64,000 nucleotides of DNA, taken from contig NC_043002.1 in the NCBI RefSeq assembly GCF_006345805.1, forward strand, positions 18,104,001-18,168,000, written 5' to 3'. The notes under the pieces were generated by a model that saw nothing but the letters and a program-made list of their open reading frames with translations, ran no database searches and was not told the origin of the DNA. Position numbers and translations under genes: made by a program. Source of the stretch: Octopus sinensis (lineage: Eukaryota). This document shows, piece by piece, positions 62,365 through 64,000 of this stretch; the first letter of the stretch is position 1, and every line of letters begins with the position of its first letter.

Positions 62365-62910
62365 TCATCATCATCATTGTTCGAGACAATGGAATTTACT
62401 TTGCTACGCCAGATTTCACGGTCCATCATAGCATTACAGAGGTCCAGTTGCTGGATGCCTGGATGCCTGTATCCCTGGGGATTACATCAGGGTAGGAGAG
62501 TGTGCGCCCTCTGGTATCGCGAGTAGATGGTTTCCAGAGGAGAAGAGTAAAAATTACCTCGTTTTCAGCTCTACAACAATGGACTCTTCAACCTTTCACA
62601 AGAGATGATACAGGAGGTAATTTCCCATATATTTGTACTTTGGTTGGATGACGCTTCCATGAGAGATTTTGAGCTCTCATAAGGAGGCGAGTGTAAGTTC
62701 CATCCAACCGCGTCTCAAGCTTTTTTGATAATGTCCAGGTTTCTGAGCCATATAGTAGAATTGGTTCGACTGTGGCTTTGAAGATTTTAAGTTTGAAATC
62801 TCTACTTAGATTTGATGACCAGGTCTTATGCATATCATTACAGGCTGACCGAGCCATACCCTTTCTAGTTAGAAAATCTTTTTCAGATGATGATATTTCT
62901 GATATGACAA
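62365..62910 (-). mobile_element. RTE-type LINE 3' end
   Basis: KLKIFKATVEPILLYGSETWTLSKKLETRLDGTYTRLLMRAQNLSWK, with the 3' UTR and (gat)n tail matching 13862-13990. Confidence 0.9.
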
Positions 62911-63902
62911 GTAAACCTGCAAACGATCATACACAGGATCGTTTTGATATAGTTTTGCACATGCTTATCCTTCATCCATGGATCTATGATCCAAACATTC
63001 CCGGTTTGACTATCCCATACCTGTTTTTTTTTTCTCAGTGCATCTTGAATATCCAGTACGTCCACCGTATATTAAGACCGCAAGTTGTGAACTGAGAGAG
63101 AGAGAGAGAGAGAGATGATTTGGTTGCGATTTCTAGAAGATAAAAGCAACAAATGTTGGCTCTCCTATTGGCTTTTAGGATGACTTCATTTTAATAGATG
63201 GATGCATAGAAAAAAACACTAGTATTATTTTAATACGTGCATGTGTGTGTCTGTAAGATTGCGTGTGTATCTGTAAAATTTTCACTGTGATTCTGTTCCT
63301 ATACATGTGTGTGTATGTCTATGAATATATACATACGCGCAAATAATTGTGCGCGCATGTATCTGTATATACATATGCGAATTTTATTTTATCATCATTT
63401 GGGTGTATATATTTGTTTTGCTTCTAAGGCTATTTTGAGAACAGCAACCGTGACACTTTTAAGAATTTTTAAAGAGTATTTGATAACAAGTAGCCTCATG
63501 TTTTAAATGGTATAACAATAATATGATTAAACAACCTACATCGTTTGCAATCTATTGTGTTCCGGAATGTGCAGTTGAGCGAGGATATATCTCAAAAGAA
63601 TTGTGGGACTAACAAACCGTTAAATATAACCGAACGACAATTCAGAGGTTGCTGTCGTCATGCATTGGCAGTGCCTATTAGTCTATGTAAGTTAGTGGCA
63701 CCAAACGTAAAGAATATTCTTTAGTTTTAGAGTCGCCTACTCTTCGGTTGACATTATTTTTCCTTTCCTATTCTGCATTCTTTTTTTTTCAATTAGAGAA
63801 AGTTGCTTTAAGAATGTTGCTACTACTATTAGGCCGATATACAAACAGACACACATACACACACATTTACACACACATGTATATATACATATATACATAT
63901 AT

Positions 63903-63968
<66 letters not shown>

Positions 63969-64000
63969 TATGTATATTTATAAAGTATATGGTGTATATA

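Overview
Eukaryotic, very AT-rich, microsatellite-dense DNA. The SINE families and repeat landscape point to a cephalopod, probably Octopus (inference). No complete protein-coding gene is recognisable. Most ORFs in the track are translations of (TA)n, (CA)n or (ACAT)n repeats or of decayed transposons, and only a few isolated candidate exons were found. Mobile-element relics include three tRNA-derived SINE families, RTE, Tx1/L1 and R4/Dong-like LINE fragments, a Ty3/Gypsy integrase with its 3' LTR, four mariner pieces, a DD37D (maT) element, a MITE, a Helitron-like element and a Penelope GIY-YIG fragment. The main unexpected signal is a set of minimal type I hammerhead ribozyme (HHR) motifs from several distinct lineages. 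The strongest is a tandem ~471-bp repeat (34630-35833) with a canonical HHR in two successive units, the architecture of a non-LTR retrozyme that would release a 471-nt, potentially circular, RNA. Other HHRs sit in near-perfect foldback palindromes that carry one motif on each strand. Coordinates were counted by hand and may be off by a few nt. No folding, alignment or database search was run.
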